Below, piece by piece: positions 10,121 through 19,358 of a stretch of 64,000 bases of DNA. The translations under genes and the position numbers were made by a program. Position 1 is the stretch's first letter; the number at the start of each line of letters is the position of its first letter. This stretch comes from Saccharolobus solfataricus P2 (GTDB lineage: Archaea; Thermoproteota; Thermoprotei_A; Sulfolobales; Sulfolobaceae), in NCBI RefSeq assembly GCF_000007005.1, contig NC_002754.1; one strand, written 5' to 3'. The notes under the pieces are model-generated. The model did no database searches. It saw only the letters and a program-made list of their open reading frames with translations, and was not told the origin of the DNA.

Positions 10121-10540
10121 TTAGGAAAAAAGCTTACTAAAGAGTCTCTCCAGTTCTCTTATTTCATCTTCTGACAATTTGCTTAGAAAAGAAGATAAGA
10201 CATTTAAGAAGATCTTCCTACTTTCCATTAATCGTTCTCTTCCTTTTTCTGTGAGTTCAACATAAATTACCCTTCTATCACTTTCACTTCTTACCCTTCT
10301 AACAAGTTCTTTCTCTTCAAGTCTATCAATGATGCTAGTTAATCCCGCCTTTGTCAGCATATATTTTTCAGCTATTCTGCTCATTGGAACTTTTCCTTCT
10401 TCCTCTAGCGCACACATTACTTTGAACTCAAAGTATGATAGGCCTATTTGCTCAAGAGCCTTATCTGTATCCTTATTTATCTTTCTTGTCAGTCCAGTTA
10501 TTAGATCCCAAACTTCTGAGTACTTTGTAGCTAATATCAT
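10121..10540 (-). CDS. bldR2: MarR-family transcriptional regulator (probably BldR2)
   Basis: LTKAGLTSIIDRLEEKELVRRVRSESDRRVIYVELTEKG; start re-placed at ATG 10540, ~20-25 nt from a TTTATAAA box. The BldR2 name comes from recollection of the S. solfataricus literature. Confidence 0.8.
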   Translation of the reverse strand: MILATKYSEVWDLITGLTRKINKDTDKALEQIGLSYFEFKVMCALEEEGKVPMSRIAEKYMLTKAGLTSIIDRLEEKELVRRVRSESDRRVIYVELTEKGRERLMESRKIFLNVLSSFLSKLSEDEIRELERLFSKLFS

Positions 10541-10573
10541 AGTTAGATATCTAACTTTATAAACAATAAAGTT
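10541..10573. promoter_or_regulatory. MarR-type operator and promoter of the marR gene
   Basis: Perfect 16-bp palindrome AGTTAGATATCTAACT (10541-10556) abutting the start codon, plus inverted repeat AACTTTAT-N5-ATAAAGTT (10553-10573) over the TATA box. Confidence 0.7.
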
Positions 10574-10720
10574 TTTCATCATCACAAAAACTCACAAAAT
10601 CCTATCTAAAAGGAAATATTTATATTACGTCTTCATTCTCTCTTCTCGTAAACGAGAATTATATCCTAATTTTGAGTGGAGGAGGTATTTATATATATCT
10701 TTTTTGTAGAGATTATAAAT

Positions 10721-11482
10721 ATGGAAAGTAAACTTTTGAGTCTGGAAGAAGCAGTGGAAGTAGTGAAGAAAGGAGATTCTGTTACAATAAGTGGTATAAG
10801 CATACATAGAAATCCTATGGCATTTATATATGCTTTGGTGAAGAAGGGAGTTAGAGATCTGTATTTCATAGATAGAGAGCCTGGCTTTGGTCTTGAGGTC
10901 CTATTAAAATATGGATTGATAAGGAAATTGAGAATAGCCATGTCTACTTTAGAATGGTTCTCGAGTATTCCAAAGCATTTTAGGAAAATGACCGAAGAAA
11001 GAGAGGTTGAAATATTGGAAGATACTTGTGGTGCTTTTATTGCTGGGATAAGAGCAGGGAGCTTCGGTATACCGTTTATGCCGGTTAGGGGAATAATAGG
11101 GTCTGATCTAGTTAAAATTCATGAAAGAGAAGGTACATGGAAAGTTGTCGAGGATCCATTTAGTGGAGAGAAAGTTGTACTCGTAAAGGCTATCAACCCA
11201 GATGTTGCAATAATACATGTAAATAAGGCTGATGAAGAGGGAAATGCGGAAATCCTAGGTCCACTATATGAAGATGAGTACAAGGCTAAAGCAGCCAAAA
11301 AGGTGATAATAACTGCCGAAGAGATAGTTCCTAGATCTTACTTCTATGGTAGGAGACCGACTATTAATGGAGAATACGTTACTGCTGTGGTTCACGCACC
11401 AAAGGGTGCAGAGCCGACTAGTATGTTCCCACTTTATGATGCAGATTACGAGAAAATTATAGAGTTTCTAGAGCACTTCTAA
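10721..11482 (+). CDS. Family I CoA-transferase subunit A (glutaconate CoA-transferase-like)
   Basis: AVEVVKKGDSVTISG…RNPMA…IRAGSFGIPFMP…PDVAIIHVNKADEEGNA; start at ATG 10721. Confidence 0.88.
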   Translation: MESKLLSLEEAVEVVKKGDSVTISGISIHRNPMAFIYALVKKGVRDLYFIDREPGFGLEVLLKYGLIRKLRIAMSTLEWFSSIPKHFRKMTEEREVEILEDTCGAFIAGIRAGSFGIPFMPVRGIIGSDLVKIHEREGTWKVVEDPFSGEKVVLVKAINPDVAIIHVNKADEEGNAEILGPLYEDEYKAKAAKKVIITAEEIVPRSYFYGRRPTINGEYVTAVVHAPKGAEPTSMFPLYDADYEKIIEFLEHF

Positions 11483-12194
11483 GGTTATAAGGATCCATAT
11501 AATTAATGAATCTCAAATCTTCATCAGTTAGATCTATTAACCTTTCGCTATCTTTTCTCTTTACCTCAAAGTCAGTATTCTCCACTACTTTCTCATATGA
11601 GCTAAATGGATAGATTGCCTCTAAGTACCATTTCCTTTCCTCTCTATTATATGCTAAAACTCCCAAATTAGTCACCACAAATACTTTATTATTTGAAAAC
11701 TTTGCTGTTCCAGTTATGAAGTCCACCCTTCTGACAAGAGATCTTTTAGAGTGTTTTAGGTTCCATAAGATTGCCTTTCTAGAAAGAGGTAGGATAAATG
11801 CTGTAGCTGCTCCACCTGGTAATTTAACTTTAGGATTATGGTATTCATTTCCAATCATAGTTAAATTTACATTAGTTTCCTCGTCTATTTGTGCTGGACC
11901 TAAGAACATGACATCTAGTTTACCTTTCTGTGCGAGGTCGAATGCGTCAGCAGTAATCATAACTGGAGAGGCTTCCACAAAGAATGGGTTCCCTGTAGAT
12001 GGCGATAATACTACTCTTGATGGATTTGAGGCTTCTGCTACTCCTATTATTCTTATCTTTTTTCTGTAAAGGTCTCTGGCCATGAAAGACGCAATTAGTG
12101 AAGGTATTGAGTTCAGGCCAATATAGACTAATTCTCCATCTTCTAATAATGTCGAAATAGCCTTTATGACATAATCTACATTGTAACTTTTCAT
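11457..12194 (-). CDS. Family I CoA-transferase subunit B
   Basis: VYIGLNSIP, Glu54 in IIGVAE, DVMFLGPAQIDEETNVN, KLPGGAAT, VVTNLGV. Confidence 0.88.
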   Translation of the reverse strand: MKSYNVDYVIKAISTLLEDGELVYIGLNSIPSLIASFMARDLYRKKIRIIGVAEASNPSRVVLSPSTGNPFFVEASPVMITADAFDLAQKGKLDVMFLGPAQIDEETNVNLTMIGNEYHNPKVKLPGGAATAFILPLSRKAILWNLKHSKRSLVRRVDFITGTAKFSNNKVFVVTNLGVLAYNREERKWYLEAIYPFSSYEKVVENTDFEVKRKDSERLIDLTDEDLRFINYMDPYNLRSALETL

Positions 12195-12229
12195 GAATAA
12201 TTTTAAGTTTTTACGCGTTATTAAAGATA

Positions 12230-12550
12230 TTGATGGTAAAGGTTTACAAGATAGGTGATTATTACATAGCTGGTGTAGAGCACGTAATTCAAGGATATTT
12301 ACAAGATGTTGTTTTCGTTTATAAGAACAATAATAATTGGGTTAGTGTTAGCGCGGAAAGATTTAGGAGCAATGACCCTTCTATTAACAAGGTGAAAGAA
12401 GCGGTAAAGTATGCTACTCATGAGGAAGATCTAAAAAAGGCGATAGAGGAGTTACGAAGCAGTGGTATTAAGATAGAAGAAGTTAAGGAAATCCCGTTCC
12501 CCAGAAAGTTTATTGAAGGGAGGAAGAAGATTCAAGAAGAGTTTGATTGA
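12230..12550 (+). CDS. Hypothetical protein
   Basis: 106-aa ORF with typical codon usage filling an intergenic gap; no motif recognised. Confidence 0.75.
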   Translation: MMVKVYKIGDYYIAGVEHVIQGYLQDVVFVYKNNNNWVSVSAERFRSNDPSINKVKEAVKYATHEEDLKKAIEELRSSGIKIEEVKEIPFPRKFIEGRKKIQEEFD

Positions 12551-12576
12551 TATAAAAATCTAGGGCATCTATACAT

Positions 12577-13503
12577 TTAGGGGAGATGAACCCTAAATTT
12601 ACTTTTCTTTAGTGCTAATTTCAATAATCTATCATCAATTTTTAACCAATTTTTCAAATCAAGTATTGTGTTATAATCAAATTTATCTAACGTATTTAAT
12701 TCCTTAATTAACCTGCTCACTTTGTCTGCATTTGATTGTGTCGATATAATAGCCTCTTCTAGGTTATATCCCACGATTACCTTTAATAGTATTTCAATTA
12801 TTGAATTTATCCTATCTGGGACTCCAACTGTAGAGTTTCTTAACGAAATCTTGACTTGTGGTAACTCATCATATCCATATCTTCTTGATAGTTCGTAGGT
12901 AGCATTCTTAAGCCTTCTTCCCTTATCTACTATCCCCCCAATTATGAAAAACTTCGTATTCCTTATTATCTCCTCATTTGCGATAGTGTCACCATAGGGG
13001 TTTAACACAATAGCATTGTCTTTAGGAATGTAATTAAGAATTTCTATTTTATTTCTACCTTCTAATTTGAAAGAATCTGGAGTATGAGCTAACTTCAAGT
13101 TATAGTCAAACAAATACTCCCTAATGGTTTTTATTGAAACCAGTATTTGTTGTTCTAGACTTATTTTCTCCTCATCTTGTAATAAATCCATATTCCCTAA
13201 ATCTATTATGAATTGCGGATTTTCCGGTATTATATAGCTGGGTATCTTTATCTCCCCATTTTTCAAAAAAATATAATCCGTAATTTCCTCTCCTTTCCCT
13301 TTTAGAATCTTTATCCTTTCCTCAACTGATGCAAGCTTACCATAATCATGTTTTTTAGATATTCCATAATCGTAAAGAAGCATGTTTATTGCAATTGATT
13401 GCAGATATCCTGTTTTGAAAAATTTTTTTAGAGTGGTAATTTTTAATGTCTCTACACCGAGAGTGTTTGTGAGATATCTTGCGAAAGCCTTACCTAAGAT
13501 CAT
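12577..13503 (-). CDS. trm10: tRNA m1A9/m1G9 methyltransferase Trm10 (SPOUT)
   Basis: VLNPYGD, FIIGGIVDK, GVPDRINSIIEIL SPOUT knot motifs. Confidence 0.9.
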   Translation of the reverse strand: MILGKAFARYLTNTLGVETLKITTLKKFFKTGYLQSIAINMLLYDYGISKKHDYGKLASVEERIKILKGKGEEITDYIFLKNGEIKIPSYIIPENPQFIIDLGNMDLLQDEEKISLEQQILVSIKTIREYLFDYNLKLAHTPDSFKLEGRNKIEILNYIPKDNAIVLNPYGDTIANEEIIRNTKFFIIGGIVDKGRRLKNATYELSRRYGYDELPQVKISLRNSTVGVPDRINSIIEILLKVIVGYNLEEAIISTQSNADKVSRLIKELNTLDKFDYNTILDLKNWLKIDDRLLKLALKKSKFRVHLP

Positions 13504-14570
13504 TGTCGCATTTTTCTCGTTATTTCTGATAAATCACTCTTACTGTCATTACTCAACTTTTTAGTCTCCTCAATTAACTCTGGTTTTCTAGTTTCATCAG
13601 CAACTCTCTTTAACTCATTGAGAACTTTAGTCGTATCTTTTCCAGCCTCTAAAGCTTCTGAGTACTCTCTTAGTAATCTATAATATCTAATCTCTAATAT
13701 AACATCTCTATCCAGATGACTTTCCACAACTTCCGGATTACCCCTTTGTAAAATAACGCTTTTTGTTACAGTCTTCCTTTGATTATCTATAGGGTCAATA
13801 TAGTCTGCAGTGAACGTAATTGTATATGGATCCTTTCCAGCGGGTATAACAAAACTTCCGTAAACTGCAATTAGTTTTTCTACTATAGGTATTCTTATGG
13901 GGAGATCGTAGTTAAAAGGCATAAAGCCTTGAGGAACTATTAAATTCAAATTATGGGCGTATGTCGATGTGGTTCTTTGGCTTTCAAAAACATCGGGTAA
14001 TTCAGAGATATCTTTCAAATGGTAGAACTTTCCTGATGATTTGTCTGCTAATTTCTTTAGAATTCTCTCATTATAATCACTACCTATACCTATTGTAATT
14101 ATTTGAGTGTTTGGTGGGATATCGAATTTTTCATAATCCTTAACGTTCCTCTTATCAGTTGGTTTTCCATCAGTTAGCATGATGATCTTGTTAGGTACTT
14201 GTGATTGTTTTGCTAAGTTAAGGGCAAAATTAACGGCTTCATGAAGTCTAGTGGTATATCCTTTACCTACATCGAAAGTTATTATTCCTTTGGCTGGCCC
14301 TTGATACTTTATTTCCGGGTGGTTAGAGAATAGAATTAGCGTTACATAGTCTCCCTCATTTAGACTATATAAAAGCTTTTGGGCTGATTGTACTGCAGTA
14401 TTTAGCTTTTCACCACGCATTGATGGACTATTATCAATCATTATGATATAGTGTATGCTACTTGTTATTGCACCTTGCTGAGGAACTATATAAACTATAA
14501 AGCCTACTTCGGTTGGTCTATCACTATAAACGTAAGTATGTGATTGTTTCAGGCTAATAGCAATAGCCAT
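13500..14570 (-). CDS. von Willebrand A domain protein (vWA2, ArnB paralogue)
   Basis: MIDNSPSM MIDAS motif, MLTDGKPTD, IGIGSDYNE; true start at ATG 14570 (the track start at 14810 overlaps arnA). Confidence 0.88.
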   Translation of the reverse strand: MAIAISLKQSHTYVYSDRPTEVGFIVYIVPQQGAITSSIHYIIMIDNSPSMRGEKLNTAVQSAQKLLYSLNEGDYVTLILFSNHPEIKYQGPAKGIITFDVGKGYTTRLHEAVNFALNLAKQSQVPNKIIMLTDGKPTDKRNVKDYEKFDIPPNTQIITIGIGSDYNERILKKLADKSSGKFYHLKDISELPDVFESQRTTSTYAHNLNLIVPQGFMPFNYDLPIRIPIVEKLIAVYGSFVIPAGKDPYTITFTADYIDPIDNQRKTVTKSVILQRGNPEVVESHLDRDVILEIRYYRLLREYSEALEAGKDTTKVLNELKRVADETRKPELIEETKKLSNDSKSDLSEITRKMRQ

Positions 14571-14624
14571 ATCTAAGATATTATAGTAGAAATTTTTAAG
14601 TACTATGACGCCTTTTATACAAAC

Positions 14625-15254
14625 ATGACATGGAGATGTCCAGTCTGTGGTTATGAAAATGCGGACGATTCCCTCTTTTGCATCAAATGTGGTACTAAAA
14701 AACCAGAGCAACAAGTAGAGCAACCTCCAGCACCTCCCGTTGAACAACAAGCAAGCGGACAACAGTCTGTAGAGCAGCAGCCTGCAGATCAGAATCAACT
14801 CTCTCAACAATCTGCAACATCAGAACAACAGCCAGTGACTGAACAACAAGCACCTCAGCAAGTGGTAGTTGAACAACCCAGTGAAACTGCAAAAACTGAA
14901 CAACCTCAATCAGCCACAACTACTGTAAGTAAGTACTATCTTCTTTTCATTAATACTCCTAATCCAGCATTCAATAAGACTAAACTACCTTTAGATTTCG
15001 ATATATTTCCCTCAATATCGATAGGTAGAAGTCCCGAAAACGTAATAGTGATTCCAGATCCTGAAGTGTCTAGAAAACATGCAATTATTAGTTTTGAAAA
15101 TAACGAGTTGTATCTAGAGGATCTGAATAGTACTAATGGTACTTATGTTTATGATGGTAAAGTATTCCAGCCAGTAAAGGGGAAGATCAAGGTTCAGCAT
15201 AATTCAATTATAAAATTAGGTAATAACACTGTAGTGAGAATTGTGGGAGAATGA
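14625..15254 (+). CDS. arnA: Zinc-ribbon + Q-rich linker + FHA domain protein ArnA
   Basis: CPVC…CIKC, Q/E/P-rich linker, FHA motifs IGR, VSRKH, DLNSTNGT. Confidence 0.9.
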   Translation: MTWRCPVCGYENADDSLFCIKCGTKKPEQQVEQPPAPPVEQQASGQQSVEQQPADQNQLSQQSATSEQQPVTEQQAPQQVVVEQPSETAKTEQPQSATTTVSKYYLLFINTPNPAFNKTKLPLDFDIFPSISIGRSPENVIVIPDPEVSRKHAIISFENNELYLEDLNSTNGTYVYDGKVFQPVKGKIKVQHNSIIKLGNNTVVRIVGE

Positions 15255-16060
15255 TGAATTTAGACGAAGTTAAGAGCGTCGTAAGTAATGCTATAGAGAT
15301 TTATAAATCCAAGTATGATTCACCATTTGTGGGGAATTTTGAAGTTGACGGTAATGTAGTTTTTGTAGGAGATACCCACGGCGCGATTGACGTTACCAGT
15401 AAGGTTTTTTCTGATTTCGCTGAGAATGCAGATTTAGTAGTGTTTTTAGGGGATTATGTTGACAGAGGGGAGGATCAATTAGGTAACTTATTATTAATCT
15501 TACGTAAAATGATAGAGAAGCCAGATAAATATATAGTATTAAGAGGGAACCACGAGAGTCCAATAACCAATGAGTACTACGGATTTAAGGAGGAGGTTAA
15601 GGAAAAGTTAGGGGAAGAAAACTATGAAATGTTTGTGGATCTCTTCTCCTATATGCCCTATGCAGTAGTGGTCAATGGGTATTTTTGTATTCATGGAGGT
15701 TTACCAATGGGTTTAGAGAAGGTTGAGGAGATTAAGAAATTGCCCAGACCAGATGTAAATCCAGATAACCCGATAGCCTTTCAATTATTGTGGAATGATC
15801 CGAGAGAAGGAATTGACGATTTAGACTTCTTACCTAGCATAAGGGGGGAGGGGATATATTTCTTTGGAAAACGTGTCGTTGATAATTTTTTGGAGAATAA
15901 TTCTCTAAAAGGTATAATAAGAGGACATGAAGCTGCAGATGGTTTTAGAACTGACATGGGTGGTAAAGTGATTACAGTTTTTTCTAGTAGATATCATCAT
16001 ATGAGAGCTGGAATTTTAGTTTTAAAAAAGGATGGTGAATTCGATTACGCGTATGTTTAG
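15251..16060 (+). CDS. PPP-family Ser/Thr protein phosphatase (PP1-arch/PP2A-like)
   Basis: GDTHG, GDYVDRG, RGNHE, HGG, LLWNDP, RGHE, VFSS. Confidence 0.93.
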   Translation: MMNLDEVKSVVSNAIEIYKSKYDSPFVGNFEVDGNVVFVGDTHGAIDVTSKVFSDFAENADLVVFLGDYVDRGEDQLGNLLLILRKMIEKPDKYIVLRGNHESPITNEYYGFKEEVKEKLGEENYEMFVDLFSYMPYAVVVNGYFCIHGGLPMGLEKVEEIKKLPRPDVNPDNPIAFQLLWNDPREGIDDLDFLPSIRGEGIYFFGKRVVDNFLENNSLKGIIRGHEAADGFRTDMGGKVITVFSSRYHHMRAGILVLKKDGEFDYAYV

Positions 16061-16070
16061 GTGATGTGAT

Positions 16071-17213
16071 ATGACCCTTTCGTTAAGAGTAGATACAAGC
16101 CATAAGTACTCATTTAATGCAGATGTTAGGTATATCTTTAAGGTATTATTAGTTCCAGAGAAATTAGGCTCTGCAACTGGTTTCCACTACATAGTAGCCC
16201 TTGATACAAGCGGGTCTATGACGGGATATAAAATAGAGTTAGCTAAACAAGGTGCCATAGAATTATTCAAAAGAATACCTAATGGCAATAAGGTTTCCTT
16301 CATCACTTTTTCATCAAATGTGAACGTGATTAAGGAATTCGTTGATCCTTTAGACTTAACGAATGAGATATTGCAGATAACAGCAGGAGGTCAAACGGCA
16401 CTATATACAGCGATCTTAACTGCAAATAGTTTAGCTAAGAAGTATCAAATGCCAACCTATCTATTACTGTTAACTGACGGAAATCCCACAGATGAGACGA
16501 ATATTGGGAATTATCTAAAGTTACCCTATTATGAAAAAATACAGGTCTATTCATTTGGAATTGGTGACGACTATAATGAACAACTACTTCAAAGTGTTAG
16601 TGATAAGACGGGAGGGGTAATGTATCATATTTCAGATGCTAACGAAATACCGCAAAAGCTTCCTCAAAAGGCTGTAACGCAAATAGCTGCAAAGAATGTT
16701 ACGGTTGATATAACTGCTGAGGGTAACGTAAAACTTTTGAATTATGTAACAACACCAGTAAAAGTAAATGGGATAGAGAACGTTATTAAAATTTTTGGAG
16801 AAACCATTTTACCAGCCAATTATGAGGGTAACTTCTTAACTGTGAAAGTCAATTATGAAGATCCGGTAACTAATAAGCCAGAATCACTTTTGCAAGTTAT
16901 TCAAGTTAGGAAAGCACAAGATCAAAATACATTTGTATCTGGCATAAACAATGACGTGATAAATGAATATAGATACTATGAACTATTGGATAAATACGCG
17001 AAACAAGTTCAAGCCGAACAATTGGTTGAAGCTACGAAAACTCTTAACCAACTAAATGAAATAGCCCAACAGACCAGAAGAATAGACTTCATGGAGACTA
17101 CTAGAAGGTTGTCTGAAGGTTTAGAGACCACTAAAAGGATAGGTACAGTTGAACAGACTAAGAGGTTATCAAAAGAGGTTACTAGTGAGGTTACTAGAAA
17201 GCTTAGGGAATGA
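16071..17213 (+). CDS. arnB: vWA domain protein ArnB
   Basis: ALDTSGSM MIDAS motif, GGQT, LLTDGNPTD, GIGDDYNE, C-terminal helical bundle; downstream of arnA. Confidence 0.88.
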   Translation: MTLSLRVDTSHKYSFNADVRYIFKVLLVPEKLGSATGFHYIVALDTSGSMTGYKIELAKQGAIELFKRIPNGNKVSFITFSSNVNVIKEFVDPLDLTNEILQITAGGQTALYTAILTANSLAKKYQMPTYLLLLTDGNPTDETNIGNYLKLPYYEKIQVYSFGIGDDYNEQLLQSVSDKTGGVMYHISDANEIPQKLPQKAVTQIAAKNVTVDITAEGNVKLLNYVTTPVKVNGIENVIKIFGETILPANYEGNFLTVKVNYEDPVTNKPESLLQVIQVRKAQDQNTFVSGINNDVINEYRYYELLDKYAKQVQAEQLVEATKTLNQLNEIAQQTRRIDFMETTRRLSEGLETTKRIGTVEQTKRLSKEVTSEVTRKLRE

Positions 17214-17754
17214 TGGTAGCGTAATCCACATCTAAAATTCTTACATCATTTCTTTCCCTATATTCTATACCATCTACTATTATAGGTATATTAGAAACTG
17301 TAATATTGTAATTTTCTTTTAAATAACCTATTAATTTGTCGATCAATTCCCTTTTATCTGATGCTATAATTGGTACGTCATTTAAAATTAACATTCGATA
17401 GGGCTTTCCGTTCTTTAAACCAAGGAAATATAGTTTCGTCATTAATACGTTCATTTCTCCTATAACCTTTTTGTAGGCTTTCAGAGCTATCAGTACTCTA
17501 TCACTGCCTTTAAGTGAGTATAATGTTTCAGCACTCTTTTTCACCTTTATTTTATACTTGTAGTTAGGATAGAAGTTAAAACCAACTTTTGGAGGATCAA
17601 ATATTATAAGCTTTCGTAGAGCGTTATTGGTTAGATCATATGACACGTACGCTGGAAATTCCTCTGCAAAGGAATCTATGAACTCATACCTGGTTATTAT
17701 GTATCCGGTTTCAGCAGCAATTATAGACGAGATATCAATTCCATTTAGTTTCAT
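17203..17754 (-). CDS. Hypothetical protein
   Basis: 183-aa ORF convergent with arnB; no motif recognised. Confidence 0.7.
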   Translation of the reverse strand: MKLNGIDISSIIAAETGYIITRYEFIDSFAEEFPAYVSYDLTNNALRKLIIFDPPKVGFNFYPNYKYKIKVKKSAETLYSLKGSDRVLIALKAYKKVIGEMNVLMTKLYFLGLKNGKPYRMLILNDVPIIASDKRELIDKLIGYLKENYNITVSNIPIIVDGIEYRERNDVRILDVDYATIIP

Positions 17755-18083
17755 ATGTATATTCTCTCCTCGGCAATATTTAATTATTTCTTATTTATCG
17801 TTGATCAGAATAAACAAAAACCTAATTTATCATTATATATTTCCCTAGAAAGTTGAATAGTTTTTAATCGATTACGGTGTTTAATTTATAGAAGAAAGCG
17901 ATTTAGGTGTCTTTTGCGAATTGTAATTTGTAAATAATACGTTGTAAAAATGTTAATATTGGTAGTCATGTATCTCTCCTAGTTAATCGTCTTCATTCAA
18001 TTAAATTCGTAGTAATCTTTGAAATAAAGTGAATTCGCAATGGATATCTGAATCCCCATAGAAGATCTTAATCTATAATTTTA

Positions 18084-19358
18084 TCAACTCAACTTATTTT
18101 GTTGAATTCGATTTATTAGATAATTTACAACTTCCTTAGCTTTATTTACTAGCGAAGAGGGCATGTAAATACTCTTTTTATTTAGTTCATCTTCATCTAA
18201 TAATGCTATTTCTGAATCTCTAATTGCAATATCTATTTCTAGATCCAAATACCTTATTTTTCCTCTAAGTAATTCCGGTGGTGTTGATATATTAATGTAG
18301 ACTCCCTTTAGTGAGTTATCTATACCACTATAATACTTATGTATCTGATACCACTTATCAGAATTATATTCTACAATATCGTAATCACCCTCCTCTATCT
18401 TCTTACCTATACCATCTAGAATCCCGTTACCTTCAAACTCACGCCTAAGGACTATTCTATATCCGTTATCGTTAACTTCCTTTTCAATTACCTTTCCACC
18501 TCTCAAATAAATTACCTTTCCATCAGCCTTAATGTGTTCAATTTTCAAGAAATCTGAGATTAGCCCTTCCAATAATTTACCGAGAGAACCTTTCTTATCC
18601 TTTTCCAAAGAATCAACTTCCCTATTATAGCTTAACTTTAACATATGATGATACTTAACAGTATCAACTACATTCTTTCTAACCTCATCTAAATACAGTT
18701 TATCCGGTAATGAAAGAGTTATTAAATAAAAATCCTCTCCTTGATCTCTGAACTCCCTATTTTCATACCTTAATATTAACCTTTCTAGATCCTCTTTCAA
18801 TTCATTTAATGCGACATACTTTGCATTACTTCTCCACTTTACATTATATCCTTTTCTATTAAGAGGTAAACTCAAGGTTAATAGCCTCATTTTTTCTTCC
18901 TCATCAACGATGTGCTCTGAAAAAGTAGTTATTCCCTTCCCTCTCCATACAATAGCGTATTTACTTACGGCCTTAGTTTCACTTAGTATTATTTTTCCGT
19001 CATAAGGTGGTTTTATAACGATTCCCTCTCTCAAGCAAGGTTCTACTTTAAAGTTAGCGTAAGTGCAACTTTCGTCTATTTCTATTACCGAGTATAGTTT
19101 AACTGGGCTTCTCCAATGGAATGAGTATTTAAAAACGTTACGTAAGTCATCTTCTATAATTCCATTTCCCATTACGATGATCTTGCCTCTATCATCCTCA
19201 AAATCCTTTATTGTGATATCAGCTGATAAGTTATTAATTTCTTGCATAAATCGTTCTGATATTTCCACAGATTGTTGTACAATTTCGTATGAAAGAGAGG
19301 AAAAAATTGACGTTAATGCTGTAGCGTAGATTCCCCTTATTCTAACTCTTCCTTTCAT
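18084..19358 (-). CDS. fau-1: FAU-1 RNA-binding protein/ribonuclease (RNase E/G-like plus DUF402)
   Basis: VRIRGIYATALT N-terminus; YINISTPPE…RYLDLEIDI DUF402 motif. Confidence 0.88.
   Translation of the reverse strand: MKGRVRIRGIYATALTSIFSSLSYEIVQQSVEISERFMQEINNLSADITIKDFEDDRGKIIVMGNGIIEDDLRNVFKYSFHWRSPVKLYSVIEIDESCTYANFKVEPCLREGIVIKPPYDGKIILSETKAVSKYAIVWRGKGITTFSEHIVDEEEKMRLLTLSLPLNRKGYNVKWRSNAKYVALNELKEDLERLILRYENREFRDQGEDFYLITLSLPDKLYLDEVRKNVVDTVKYHHMLKLSYNREVDSLEKDKKGSLGKLLEGLISDFLKIEHIKADGKVIYLRGGKVIEKEVNDNGYRIVLRREFEGNGILDGIGKKIEEGDYDIVEYNSDKWYQIHKYYSGIDNSLKGVYINISTPPELLRGKIRYLDLEIDIAIRDSEIALLDEDELNKKSIYMPSSLVNKAKEVVNYLINRIQQNKLS

Noticed and set aside
10541-10585. N-terminal extension of MarR (MMMKNF…) and an ATGATGA box-C-like motif
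   Set aside because: The region holds the TATA box and operator, and no matching CTGA box D was found, so it is neither coding nor a C/D sRNA.
14571-14810. Long N-terminal extension of vWA2 in the ORF track
   Set aside because: It overlaps arnA on the opposite strand and the divergent promoter; homology to ArnB begins at ATG 14570.
14700-14930. Repetitive CAA/CAG-rich DNA
   Set aside because: Explained by the low-complexity Q/E/P linker of ArnA; not a tandem array or CRISPR.
17886-17969. 27-codon minus-strand ORF (MTTNINIF…) with GGAG upstream in a 330-bp gap
   Set aside because: Short, AT-rich, no recognisable features; compatible with chance.
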